From contig JBBQFN010000045.1 in the NCBI GenBank assembly GCA_038321985.1, forward strand, positions 1 to 40,945: 40,945 nt of DNA, read 5' to 3'. Below are positions 8,919 to 18,287 of the stretch, piece by piece (within the stretch, counting starts at the first letter, position 1; the number at the start of each line of letters is the position of its first letter). The notes beneath the pieces are model-generated. The model was not told the origin of the DNA. It did no database searches and saw only the letters and a program-made list of their open reading frames with translations. Source of the stretch: Cyanophyceae cyanobacterium. GTDB lineage: Bacteria > Cyanobacteriota > Cyanobacteriia > Cyanobacteriales > Laspinemataceae. A program made the position numbers and the translations under genes.

Positions 8919-11201
8919 TTGAATCCTATAGAGATGCGGTATTTCATAAAAATGCAGCCACTTAAGGGTCCCACACAACTATGGACAGGCGTTAAGCAAC
9001 TGTATCAACAAAGACGCCACGCCTTTTTTGCGGCTTTTGGGGTTGCGGGGTTTGTGTTAGTAGTGCGCTCATTAGGACTGTTGCAGTCTATGGAATGGGC
9101 GGCTTATGATCAGATGTTTCGGTGGCGTCCCCCGGAACAGAGGGACGATCGCATCCTGATTGTGGGAATTGACGAAACTGATATTCGGCAACTCCAAACC
9201 TGGCCGATTCCCGATCGCGTCTTAGCTCAACTGCTGCAAAAACTTGATACCTACTCTCCCCGGGCGATCGGTCTGGATATCTATCGGGATATCCCCATAG
9301 AACCTGGTTACACTGAGTTACAACAGGTCTTTGCCACCACCCCTAATCTGATTGGCATTGAAGAAGTGCCGATTGCAAATAACCTCAGCGGTGTCCGACC
9401 TCCGCAAATACTGGCAGAATTGGGCGCAGTGGGATTTAACAATGTGGTGATCGATTCCGATGGCAAGCTGCGTCGGAACCTACTTTATTTATGGAGTGAT
9501 GAAAAATCCTACCAAAGTTTTGCCTTAAAGTTAGCCCTGATCTACCTGGAAGCCGAAGGGATTCAACTTCAAGCCTCAACCCGCCATCCCGAACACTTCC
9601 AGATCGGTCCTAAAACCTTTCCCCGGTTTGAGAAAAATGATGGACCCTACATCCGCCAAGATAATGGGGGATATCAACTCCTGGCTAACTTTCATATTGG
9701 TGAAAAGGGTAAGTATGAACTGGTCCCCTATCGCACCGTATCGATGCGGGATGTTTTAGAGGACCGGGTCCCGGCGGACTGGGTACGCGATCGCGTTGTG
9801 GTGATTGGTTCAACCGCCACAAGTATCAAAGATTTTTTCTACACTCCCAATAGTGCCGGGGTGATCCAAGCACCCAAACAAGTGTTTGGAGTGCAGCTTC
9901 ACGCCAATTTTGTTAGTCAAATCCTAAGTGCGGCCTTAGATGGCCGTCCTCCCTCGATTTCTTTTGCGTCTGAACCTGTCGAATGGCTATGGATTGTGGG
10001 TTGGTCGATCGCCGGTGCAACGATTAGCTGCTCCTGGCGATCGCCGGTGCGCTTTACCGGCAGCCTCATTCTTGCCTCCTTGACCTTGTTCGCCACGGCA
10101 ACGCTTCTCTTTTTTATCGGCTGGTGGGTTCCCTTGATTCCTCCCCTACTAACCCTAATGGGTTCCGCTGGGGTTCTCACCACTTATATTGCTTATCATG
10201 AAGAAAAATTAAAACGCTCTTTCGCCGAATCTAAAGAATTTTTAGACCAAATTATTAATACTATCCCCGACCCAATTTTTGTTAAAGATAAAAACCATCG
10301 CTGTATTGTCTTAAATGAAGCCTACTGTAAATTAATTGGCTATCCTCTCAATGTGGTTATCGAAAAATCTGATTATGAAGTCTTTCCCACTGATGAAGCT
10401 AATCTTTTTTGGCAGGAAGATGAATGGGTTTTGACCACAGGTAGACCTCATGAAAATGAAGCCAAGTTGACGGATGCCACGGGCATGATTCATTATATCG
10501 CCACGAAACGGTCTTTACATAAAGATGCGGTAGGGAATGTTTTCTTAGTGGGGGTGATTCGAGACATTACCGAACGCAAGCAGATGGAAGAAGAACTCAA
10601 ACGCACTGCGGCAGAATTGGCTCATTCTTATCAAGAGTTAAAAATTTCCGAAGATCAATTACGACACCAAGCCTATCATGATAGTCTAACCAATCTTCCC
10701 AACCGCAAATTATTTTCAGACCGTCTAATTCAATCGTTAGAATGGGCCGCAATTAATAACCAAATTTTGGCTGTTTTATTTATTGATTTAGATGGATTTA
10801 AACAAATTAACGATACCCTCGGACACGACAGCGGCGATTTGCTGTTGAAAGAAGTAGCTCGAAGGCTGATCGCCTGTTTGCGGGGTAGCGATACGGTGGC
10901 ACGTCTTGGGGGAGATGAGTTTACCGTCATTTTACCGGCAATTCCTCGGGAGCAAGATGTTGCGAGTGTTGCAGATAAGATTATGAGTACCCTGGGGGAG
11001 CCGTTTGCGATCGCCGGAGACTCGATTCATGTGACAGCTAGTATTGGGATTAGCTTGTACCCTTTCAATGGTGAAGATGCAGATACTTTAATTAAGCGGG
11101 CCGATGCTGCAATGTATCGTTCTAAACAACTGGGTAAAAATCAATATGAATTTTATAAACTTTCAGGAGCGTCAGGACCCTTGAAGGTCAAGGATCAATG
11201 A
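8919..11201 (+). CDS. CHASE2-TM-PAS-GGDEF diguanylate cyclase
   Basis: CHASE2 motifs (DDRILIVGIDE, WPIPD..LAQLL, IGLDIYRD, DSDGKLRR, GVQLHA), 3 TM, PAS (IPDPIFVKD), HDSLTNLPNR, intact RLGGDEF with RxxD I-site (RGSD). True start is probably ATG 8934 or 8952. Confidence 0.93.
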   Translation: MNPIEMRYFIKMQPLKGPTQLWTGVKQLYQQRRHAFFAAFGVAGFVLVVRSLGLLQSMEWAAYDQMFRWRPPEQRDDRILIVGIDETDIRQLQTWPIPDRVLAQLLQKLDTYSPRAIGLDIYRDIPIEPGYTELQQVFATTPNLIGIEEVPIANNLSGVRPPQILAELGAVGFNNVVIDSDGKLRRNLLYLWSDEKSYQSFALKLALIYLEAEGIQLQASTRHPEHFQIGPKTFPRFEKNDGPYIRQDNGGYQLLANFHIGEKGKYELVPYRTVSMRDVLEDRVPADWVRDRVVVIGSTATSIKDFFYTPNSAGVIQAPKQVFGVQLHANFVSQILSAALDGRPPSISFASEPVEWLWIVGWSIAGATISCSWRSPVRFTGSLILASLTLFATATLLFFIGWWVPLIPPLLTLMGSAGVLTTYIAYHEEKLKRSFAESKEFLDQIINTIPDPIFVKDKNHRCIVLNEAYCKLIGYPLNVVIEKSDYEVFPTDEANLFWQEDEWVLTTGRPHENEAKLTDATGMIHYIATKRSLHKDAVGNVFLVGVIRDITERKQMEEELKRTAAELAHSYQELKISEDQLRHQAYHDSLTNLPNRKLFSDRLIQSLEWAAINNQILAVLFIDLDGFKQINDTLGHDSGDLLLKEVARRLIACLRGSDTVARLGGDEFTVILPAIPREQDVASVADKIMSTLGEPFAIAGDSIHVTASIGISLYPFNGEDADTLIKRADAAMYRSKQLGKNQYEFYKLSGASGPLKVKDQ

Positions 11202-11660
11202 TGAAGGCGCAGGAATGAAGGTTGAAACAAATATTCTCCAATCCTCTGGATTCCCGTTTAATTTGGCGACCCTAGAGCCGCAATTAAACAGGGGGGGATA
11301 TTCGGCTCAATGACCGCTAATATTAATCTATGTGAAGAATTGAATCAATTAATACATAAACCCTTTTGTCAAGGGATCTAGACATTTTGGAAAACACCCA
11401 CCCACCTGTAGACTGTATGCTCAGAATAAACACCAATAACCCTTAACCAGTCGGTGTTTCACAGGGGTTAACTCTCCTTAAAATCCCGGGTCGGCTCCCT
11501 TAGATCCGGCTCCAGATGCTCAAACAACGGTTCAGTAAAACCACTTAGAGGCTCCCCAAAATTTTATTCAGGTACTGGACAAATCCGTGAATCTACTGAT
11601 ACACTAAAAAGAAGAGGGGACATCTACTAGGAAGGTTAATTTTATGGGGTCTAGGGTGTT

Positions 11661-11885
11661 ATGTTTACTTTCCTTTGCTCAAGTACAATCGCACTATTTT
11701 CGCTCACCAGCCTGCTAGGGACGGGAATGGCCGTAGCTAGCCTTCCAACCGGGTTCACACCCGAGTTGAGTAGGAATACCACCAGCTCGCATCTGCAGAT
11801 TTCCATCCCTGAATATGAACCGCCAAGACCGGGTAACGGGAAGCCCCAAGGTGAAACCCCCGGCGCTGGAACCCGTTGCATTTAG
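11661..11885 (+). CDS. Small secreted-looking peptide with DUF928-like C-terminal motif
   Basis: Hydrophobic signal-like N-terminus ending in AVA/S, S/T-rich linker, C-terminal YEPPRPGNGKPQGETPGAGTRCI; only plausible gene in an 820-bp gap. Confidence 0.65.
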   Translation: MFTFLCSSTIALFSLTSLLGTGMAVASLPTGFTPELSRNTTSSHLQISIPEYEPPRPGNGKPQGETPGAGTRCI

Positions 11886-12022
11886 TTTGGGAACCTTTCC
11901 TCAAGATTAGAAATAAACTTTACCGTTGCTGAAAATCTAGGCTAACTCCTGACGCTTCATTGAAGGGAGTCAAAAAAGCGGATGCCCTAAAGAAAAGGCA
12001 CCCGGTAAAAATTACCAACCAT

Positions 12023-13747
12023 TCAAAGGGGAACCTTACGCCACGCTTGGTTCTCAACCACGGTATGAGCTTGCCAACTCGGATCCGTGTGGGGATAATC
12101 CAGTCGATAGTGACCGCCTCGACTTTCTGTGCGAAACATGGCACTGGTCAGAATCAAGTAGGCTCCATCCAGTAAATTGCGGGTTTCTGACCACTGGACT
12201 AGCAGTTCGTTAACGTTCGGGATGGAAAAATAAACGTCCTGACCCACCACTGGATTTAATAAATATTGAGAAAGGGGAAGGGCGGCAAACTCCGCTTGCC
12301 AGGTGTTAACTTGACCGATCGCCGCTTCTAACGCCGCTTGTCCCCGGACAATTCCCGCACTCTGCCAAACGAGCAACGGCAGCGATCGCCGCAGTTCTTC
12401 AATATACGCTTGCTGTTGCGGTAAATTAACCCCGAGACCACTGCTCTCTAGGGTGGCGCTGGCCTCTGGGAGGCATTCTTCCCCGAGGTTGGGGTCAATT
12501 TCAATTTCCCCTAACTGAGCCCCAAAAACTAAACATTCCAGCAGAGAATTACTCGCGAGGCGATTAGCACCATGCACCCCGGTGTTGGCCGTTTCGCCTA
12601 CCGCATATAAACCGGGTATGGAGGTGCGTCCACCCAAATCGGTCTGGATTCCCCCCATCCAGTAATGTGCCGCCGGTGCTACGGGGATGGGTTCGTTAAA
12701 CAAATCCACCCCCCAAGTTTGACAAACCTGGATGATATTTGGAAATCGATGGCGAATTGTCTCGTCGGGAATGGGTCGCAAATCTAGCCAAACGCATCCC
12801 GGTGCTGGATTAGTCCCCCAATTCTGGAGATGCATAAAAATTGATCGGCTGACCACATCCCGGGGTGCCAGTTCCCCGGCGGGATGGTAATCAAACATGA
12901 ACCGATATCCGCGATCGTCCACCAAATGAGCGCCCTCACCGCGTACGGCCTCGCTGATCAAAAACCTAGGGGCATCGGGTTTGGTGAGTGCGGTGGGATG
13001 AAACTGAAAAAATTCTAAATCTCTTAAAACTGCACCGGCACGCCATGCCATCGCCACTCCATCTCCGGTACTCACAGAGGGATTGGTTGTTTGAGCGAAG
13101 ACTTGACCGCCGCCACCTGTAGCCAGAACGACCGCACCGGCACGAACCCAATAGATTTGGCCCTGATAAACGAGGCGGACTCCCTGACAGCGTTGAGTCT
13201 CTGGGTCCATCCACAAATTTAAAACAACGGCATTTTCGATCGCCTGAATATTTTGGCAGCTCAAGACGCGGCTGCTCAAGACGCTGACAATTGCCCGACC
13301 TGTTGTATCCGCCGCATGAAGGACTCGACGATGGGAATGGGCCGCTTCTAAGGTTAAGGCGAGGGTGCCTCGCTTGTCCCGGTCAAAGGCCACTCCCAGT
13401 TTTAGCAAATTCTGCACACACAGGGGTGCTTGTTCGGCTAGAAACTTGACGGCCTCAACGTCACACAACCCAGCACCGGCAAGGAGCGTATCTTCGATAT
13501 GGAACTTGGGGGAATCATCGGATGCGATCGCGGCGGCTATACCCCCCTGAGCCCAATCGCTTGCGGAAACCGGCAAGCTATCTTTGGCAATCAAACCCAC
13601 GCGGTAAGTATCGGGAAGGCAAAGTGCTGCATACAAACCTGCGGCACCGGCACCGACGACCAACACATCATAAGCGCTGGGTATTTTCTGATGAAGACTG
13701 GGATCAAACTGTGACGAATTGCTCAATGAAAAATCGCCCCTTGTCAA
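12023..13747 (-). CDS. nadB: L-aspartate oxidase
   Basis: FAD motif VVGAGAAG, SDWAQGGIAA, EAAHS, QFHPT, LISEAVRGEG, ELAPRDVV, GVHGANRLASNSLLEC and ESRGGH. Exact start uncertain. Confidence 0.95.
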   Translation of the reverse strand: MTRGDFSLSNSSQFDPSLHQKIPSAYDVLVVGAGAAGLYAALCLPDTYRVGLIAKDSLPVSASDWAQGGIAAAIASDDSPKFHIEDTLLAGAGLCDVEAVKFLAEQAPLCVQNLLKLGVAFDRDKRGTLALTLEAAHSHRRVLHAADTTGRAIVSVLSSRVLSCQNIQAIENAVVLNLWMDPETQRCQGVRLVYQGQIYWVRAGAVVLATGGGGQVFAQTTNPSVSTGDGVAMAWRAGAVLRDLEFFQFHPTALTKPDAPRFLISEAVRGEGAHLVDDRGYRFMFDYHPAGELAPRDVVSRSIFMHLQNWGTNPAPGCVWLDLRPIPDETIRHRFPNIIQVCQTWGVDLFNEPIPVAPAAHYWMGGIQTDLGGRTSIPGLYAVGETANTGVHGANRLASNSLLECLVFGAQLGEIEIDPNLGEECLPEASATLESSGLGVNLPQQQAYIEELRRSLPLLVWQSAGIVRGQAALEAAIGQVNTWQAEFAALPLSQYLLNPVVGQDVYFSIPNVNELLVQWSETRNLLDGAYLILTSAMFRTESRGGHYRLDYPHTDPSWQAHTVVENQAWRKVPL

Positions 13748-13963
13748 GTGGTTGAGCCGATTATATACCCAGTCTAAATCTGTTGGATAATTCTGATCGG
13801 GTTAGCGCCTATTTCCCCCTGACCCGACTGGGCTTTACATCGAGGGAAAAGACCCTACAGCCCTTGCTCCAATGATTTAGAAGCGCTATAGAAGCTCTTT
13901 ATATTACCTTAATTGACAAAGGACGATATTAACGAGCGGTGTTCTGACTTAACCGAACAGGGT

Positions 13964-14392
13964 TTAGTAATAACCGTTGTTAATGCGATCGTCGCCTTCA
14001 ATTAACGACACTTCTGGGTCCGTGACGGTAAAATTATCCAGATTGGCTTGTAGTAATTCTTTTTGACGACTGCTCAAGCTGGAAATATCCAAGACATCTT
14101 CAACTTTCTCGTAGGGGGCATTTTGGACAATTAACCCCGCCAGGGTTGGATATAGTCCTCGATACTGCCGGAAGGCCCGAACGTTGGTGTTATTTAAGTC
14201 AATTTTCTCACCAAACTCGGTCGCTAGCTTATCATCGACGGGATTGCGATACAGGGGTTGGGCAGCTAAAACCGGCGATTGTAAGGTAATCCCCGTCCAG
14301 CTAGCCGCGACTGCATTCTGGGGGAATCCTAACCATCCCAGACAACCCACGACTAAGCCGAAGACTGCTACCAGGCGAACCAATCTTTGCAT
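13964..14392 (-). CDS. psbU: Photosystem II 12-kDa extrinsic protein PsbU
   Basis: Signal peptide followed by [35 protein letters not shown]...DRINNGYY. Confidence 0.96.
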   Translation of the reverse strand: MQRLVRLVAVFGLVVGCLGWLGFPQNAVAASWTGITLQSPVLAAQPLYRNPVDDKLATEFGEKIDLNNTNVRAFRQYRGLYPTLAGLIVQNAPYEKVEDVLDISSLSSRQKELLQANLDNFTVTDPEVSLIEGDDRINNGYY

Positions 14393-14626
14393 AACTTTAT
14401 TCCTTTGTTTCTCATAAACAGCCTTTTAATAGAGACTACCATTTTACCTACAGATTTTTTTTCGATTTCTTTCAAATCTACAGATTTTTTCCCACGGGGG
14501 GCCGCCTCCAAGGGTTCCGGGTCCAAGGAAATGCCACAGAATAAGGTATGATTTCCCCTGCATCTATCCGGGGCATCCTCCACTCGGTGAATTCATTTTG
14601 TTAACTCCGCAGACTGCCGGTTAGTT

Positions 14627-15619
14627 CTAGCGGTTTGCGGCTTGGGAACGCAAAAAGGCATCAAGATTGGCAAAGGAGCAAGCATAGGTAATAGTCGGCT
14701 TATCGTACCCCTTGAGATGGACTGTGTGCTGATTGAACAAGTCCTCATGTCCCGGAACGGTCCGACAGTATTTATAAGTGGTTTCACCCAGGGCAATATC
14801 CAGACCAATTTCTTTGGTGGCGGATTCTAAGCGAAAGGCCGCGTTGACGGTATCGCCTAACGCGGTGTAGTCGGGGCGATCGCCGGACCCGGTATTGCCG
14901 ACCATCCCATAGCCCGTATTAACTCCGGCCCCAATTCGCAAGGGAAAGGGCAGGGGATAGCGTTTGTTGAGGTCTTCGGTAATTTCATATAAAGAATTGA
15001 GAGCTTGGAAAATTCTGAGCATCTCTTCATCACTGACTTCTTGGGTGCTGTGAAACCAGACTGCCATCACTGCATCCCCAATATATTTATCGACCCAACT
15101 GCCGCGATCGCGAATGATGTTACCGGCACATCTAAACCAGGTCCCAATCACTTCGGAAAGGATTTTTTCATCCAGTTGTTGAGTCAAAACGGTGAAATTT
15201 CGGATATCAACGACCATCACCGAGATTAAACGACGCACGTGCAAGGCGGCGGTGACGGTAAAATCCTTAGCGGTTCCTACATCGTCGGAGCAGTCGCTTA
15301 GATCGCTGACGGGGCAATAGAATTCCAAATCGGTTTGTCCGAAGGTCAGGCGATCGCTATTATGCAAGATCACTGGAATACTGACTCGGCGTCCATTCAC
15401 AAACGATCCATTCCGACTGCCAAGGTCAATTAAATAAAAGTCCCCCGTGTCCATGGACTGTAACATTGCGTGGGCGCGGGACATCCAGCGGTCCCCGATT
15501 GCGAAATTGTTATCTTCACTCCGTCCAATTGTCCAGCAGTTACTTCCCACTAACGGAAGATAGCGGTTTCCTGCTTCAGTTCGCAGTACGAGATGAGGAG
15601 TGGTTGGGATATTTGCCAC
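14627..15619 (-). CDS. FHA-domain class III adenylate cyclase (Cya1-like)
   Basis: FHA motifs IGR, SRAHA, DLGSRNG; cyclase motifs VDIRNFT, DKYIGDAVM, YTALGDTVNAAFRLE, LKG. Confidence 0.92.
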   Translation of the reverse strand: MANIPTTPHLVLRTEAGNRYLPLVGSNCWTIGRSEDNNFAIGDRWMSRAHAMLQSMDTGDFYLIDLGSRNGSFVNGRRVSIPVILHNSDRLTFGQTDLEFYCPVSDLSDCSDDVGTAKDFTVTAALHVRRLISVMVVDIRNFTVLTQQLDEKILSEVIGTWFRCAGNIIRDRGSWVDKYIGDAVMAVWFHSTQEVSDEEMLRIFQALNSLYEITEDLNKRYPLPFPLRIGAGVNTGYGMVGNTGSGDRPDYTALGDTVNAAFRLESATKEIGLDIALGETTYKYCRTVPGHEDLFNQHTVHLKGYDKPTITYACSFANLDAFLRSQAANR

Positions 15620-15840
15620 AGGTTAAGCACCAACGTCATGGAATTCTAACCCTCTTATTTTAATAAGGAGTCACCCTAGACTGAAACATCCACGACCTTT
15701 ATGATCAAAAGTCGTGGAACGTTCTGGGTTTTGGGTTCTGTTGTTAATTCTGAACACTTCACCCCTCCACGATGGAAAATCCTTTTTAAAGTCAGATGCT
15801 TAACCCTGGAGAAGGGATATTAAAATTATAATCTTACAGC

Positions 15841-16569
15841 TTAAGCCGCTAAAGCGGCCAGCCAAAACAAGCTATCTACCACAATTGTACTCAAAACTGC
15901 ACCCCCAAACGCCCACCAGTTTAATTGATTGGAGCGCAAGGGTAAACTACCGACTCCCAGCAAAAGAATCCCGAGCACCGCAGCCCAACCACAGCCCCAG
16001 GGGGTGTTAACTTGGGCGATCGCACTCTGGAAAATCGGGATGGCTAGTTCCGGTTCAACTTGCATCAACTGCCGCCAATGGGGAATTAAATTAACGATAT
16101 AAAAATAAACGTCAGTTACGGTGGTTCCAAATAAGGAACCCAAATAAAACCAGCTTCCGATCGCCAGTTGGCCTCGCCATAAACACCATAGGGCCACGGG
16201 TAGACCGATTGCCTCTAGAGGTAAATGTAGCAAGGGTTCCCATCGAAACCATCCCCAGTATATTGCTCCGGCCAACCAACTTCCGGTAAATCCCAGTAAT
16301 AAATCTCCCCAGATCTCAGTGGCATCGCGCGATCGCAAGACCTGGGCCAGTCCTACCCACCCCACACTTAAAGCTACCGCCAGTAGGGGCAGATGCCGCA
16401 CTAAGGGTGCTTCAAAGAAGACCGGGACCGACACTAGAAAGGCGCTAGCGGCAAACATCCGCCACCGGGGGCCGACTTGGATTTTGCTAAATGAATTATT
16501 CAGATTGAGGCTTGCAGATTTCACGGCTGCTCCAGCGGAAGGGTAGGAAGACCAGGATTTATTTAACAA
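15841..16569 (-). CDS. DUF3120 family cyanobacterial membrane protein
   Basis: FLVSVPVFFEAPLVR, WLAGAIYWGWFRWEP..HLP.EAIGLP and GSLFGT.VTD.YF motifs; Trp-rich, multi-TM. Confidence 0.85.
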   Translation of the reverse strand: MLNKSWSSYPSAGAAVKSASLNLNNSFSKIQVGPRWRMFAASAFLVSVPVFFEAPLVRHLPLLAVALSVGWVGLAQVLRSRDATEIWGDLLLGFTGSWLAGAIYWGWFRWEPLLHLPLEAIGLPVALWCLWRGQLAIGSWFYLGSLFGTTVTDVYFYIVNLIPHWRQLMQVEPELAIPIFQSAIAQVNTPWGCGWAAVLGILLLGVGSLPLRSNQLNWWAFGGAVLSTIVVDSLFWLAALAA

Positions 16570-16977
16570 CTCTTTAATATTCTTTACTTAACTTCATCAT
16601 ATTTAATATATCACAAGGAATATCCCCCCCTAGGGGATTTACCCTGTTTAAATTTTACTCGATTCCTGAAATTCTGGGGAAAGGAACCCTCCCAACCCGA
16701 GCAAGCTCTAATTTTTTAAGGAAAATTTTATGAATCACTGCCAAATTTTGCTCGGAGTCTAGTCCCTAGATATTAAATAACCAATTGAGAATATAATGCG
16801 TTTATTCTGCTGTGAGGCTTTACCACAGGGGAAAGAAGCCTGTTTCGGCATTCCGCCACTCTCATCTAAACCTGACGAATCCAGGAAAAAATGAAGATCA
16901 AGAACTTCTCCTGGAATAAATCAATCCACCATGAAGGTCAACTTCAGATATAGATACAGATAACATAGGGAAAATTC

Positions 16978-18027
16978 ATGGGACTATCACGCAATCAATT
17001 TTTCACCCTAGGGAGCCTCGGTGCACTCAGTATTGCGATCGCCACTGCTACCAAAGCACTGAGCACCGAACTCCTAGGACACAAAAGCGTTACCAGCATT
17101 ACCACTTCCCTATCTGGGTTGGCTTCGAGTCCGCAAATCTTAACCAGGACTCCACCCGCTTCGGACCTGGTAAGCGCCGGACCCGAAACCCACCTCAATC
17201 TATTTCAGGCGATCGTTTTAGGATTCGTTCAGGGGACCACTGAATTTATCCCGATTAGCAGCACAGCTCACTTAAAAGTGATCCCCGTCGCCCTCGGCTG
17301 GGGAGATCCCGGGGTTGCCTTCAGTGCCATCATTCAACTCGGCAGCATCGGGGCAGTGATCTGGTATTTTTGGAATGATTTGAGTACCCTAGCAAACGGA
17401 TCCGTGCGGGCGCTGCTGCGCCGTGAATATGAGGACCACGACTTTCGGATTGTCCTCGGCATTCTCATCGGGTCCGTGCCGATCATCGTGTTCGGGTTAA
17501 TTGTCAAATATGTGATTCCCGAGTTTTACGACCAAACGCTCCGGACTCTCAGCGCGATCGCCATTGTCTCGATCGCAATGGCAATCTTGCTAGGAATTGC
17601 CGAACGTTTTGGGCGACGAAAGCGGAACTTTGGGCAACTGAGTCTCAAAGATGGTCTATTAATGGGACTCGCCCAGGTCCTAGCCTTAGTTCCAGGTGTC
17701 TCCCGTTCCGGTTCTACCATTACCGCTGGATTGTTCTTAGGGTTAGATCGCACCACTGCCGCCCGGTTTTCATTTTTGCTGGGCCTCCCTGCTATTACCT
17801 TAGCCGGATTAGTGGAACTCAAGGATCTCTTGAGCTCTAATTTAGACAGTATCGGCATAGTACCTTTGCTGGGAGGATTGATTTCTTCGGCAGTCTTTTC
17901 TTATCTATCTATCGCATGGCTGATTCAGTTCTTAAAAACCCAGAGTACCTGGGTTTTTATCTGGTATCGGATAGCTTTTGGCTGTGTTATTTTACTAGCC
18001 CTCTCCTTGGGTTGGATACAGGGCTAG
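16978..18027 (+). CDS. uppP: Undecaprenyl-diphosphate phosphatase with N-terminal extension
   Basis: QGTTEFIPISSTAHL, IQLGS, PGVSRSGSTI and AARFSFLL motifs. Confidence 0.94.
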   Translation: MGLSRNQFFTLGSLGALSIAIATATKALSTELLGHKSVTSITTSLSGLASSPQILTRTPPASDLVSAGPETHLNLFQAIVLGFVQGTTEFIPISSTAHLKVIPVALGWGDPGVAFSAIIQLGSIGAVIWYFWNDLSTLANGSVRALLRREYEDHDFRIVLGILIGSVPIIVFGLIVKYVIPEFYDQTLRTLSAIAIVSIAMAILLGIAERFGRRKRNFGQLSLKDGLLMGLAQVLALVPGVSRSGSTITAGLFLGLDRTTAARFSFLLGLPAITLAGLVELKDLLSSNLDSIGIVPLLGGLISSAVFSYLSIAWLIQFLKTQSTWVFIWYRIAFGCVILLALSLGWIQG

Positions 18028-18287
18028 TTCAGAGTAAAGACCCTCAGTCGAACAATTTCCAACCTTCTAAGGAAGGCGCAGGAAAAAAAACCGTTCAGGA
18101 CGTCATTCCAGGTGTTCAGGAGTAGGGTGTGCCAGACCGATCTCGGGTAGAATAAAGCAAGAATCGATGAATCTGACGCACTCTACAACCGTGCCTTACA
18201 CCTAACCTTGCGGGGATGGCAATATTTTATAGTTTGGCCGGGACTAAGCGTATAATAGGGAAGCAGCACCTTAATCGGGAGAACTGA

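Noticed and set aside
11661..11885. Calling the peptide PatX/PatS
   Set aside because: It lacks the RG(S/T)GR pentapeptide and has GAGTR instead. The antisense ORF 11651..11881 is treated as its shadow.
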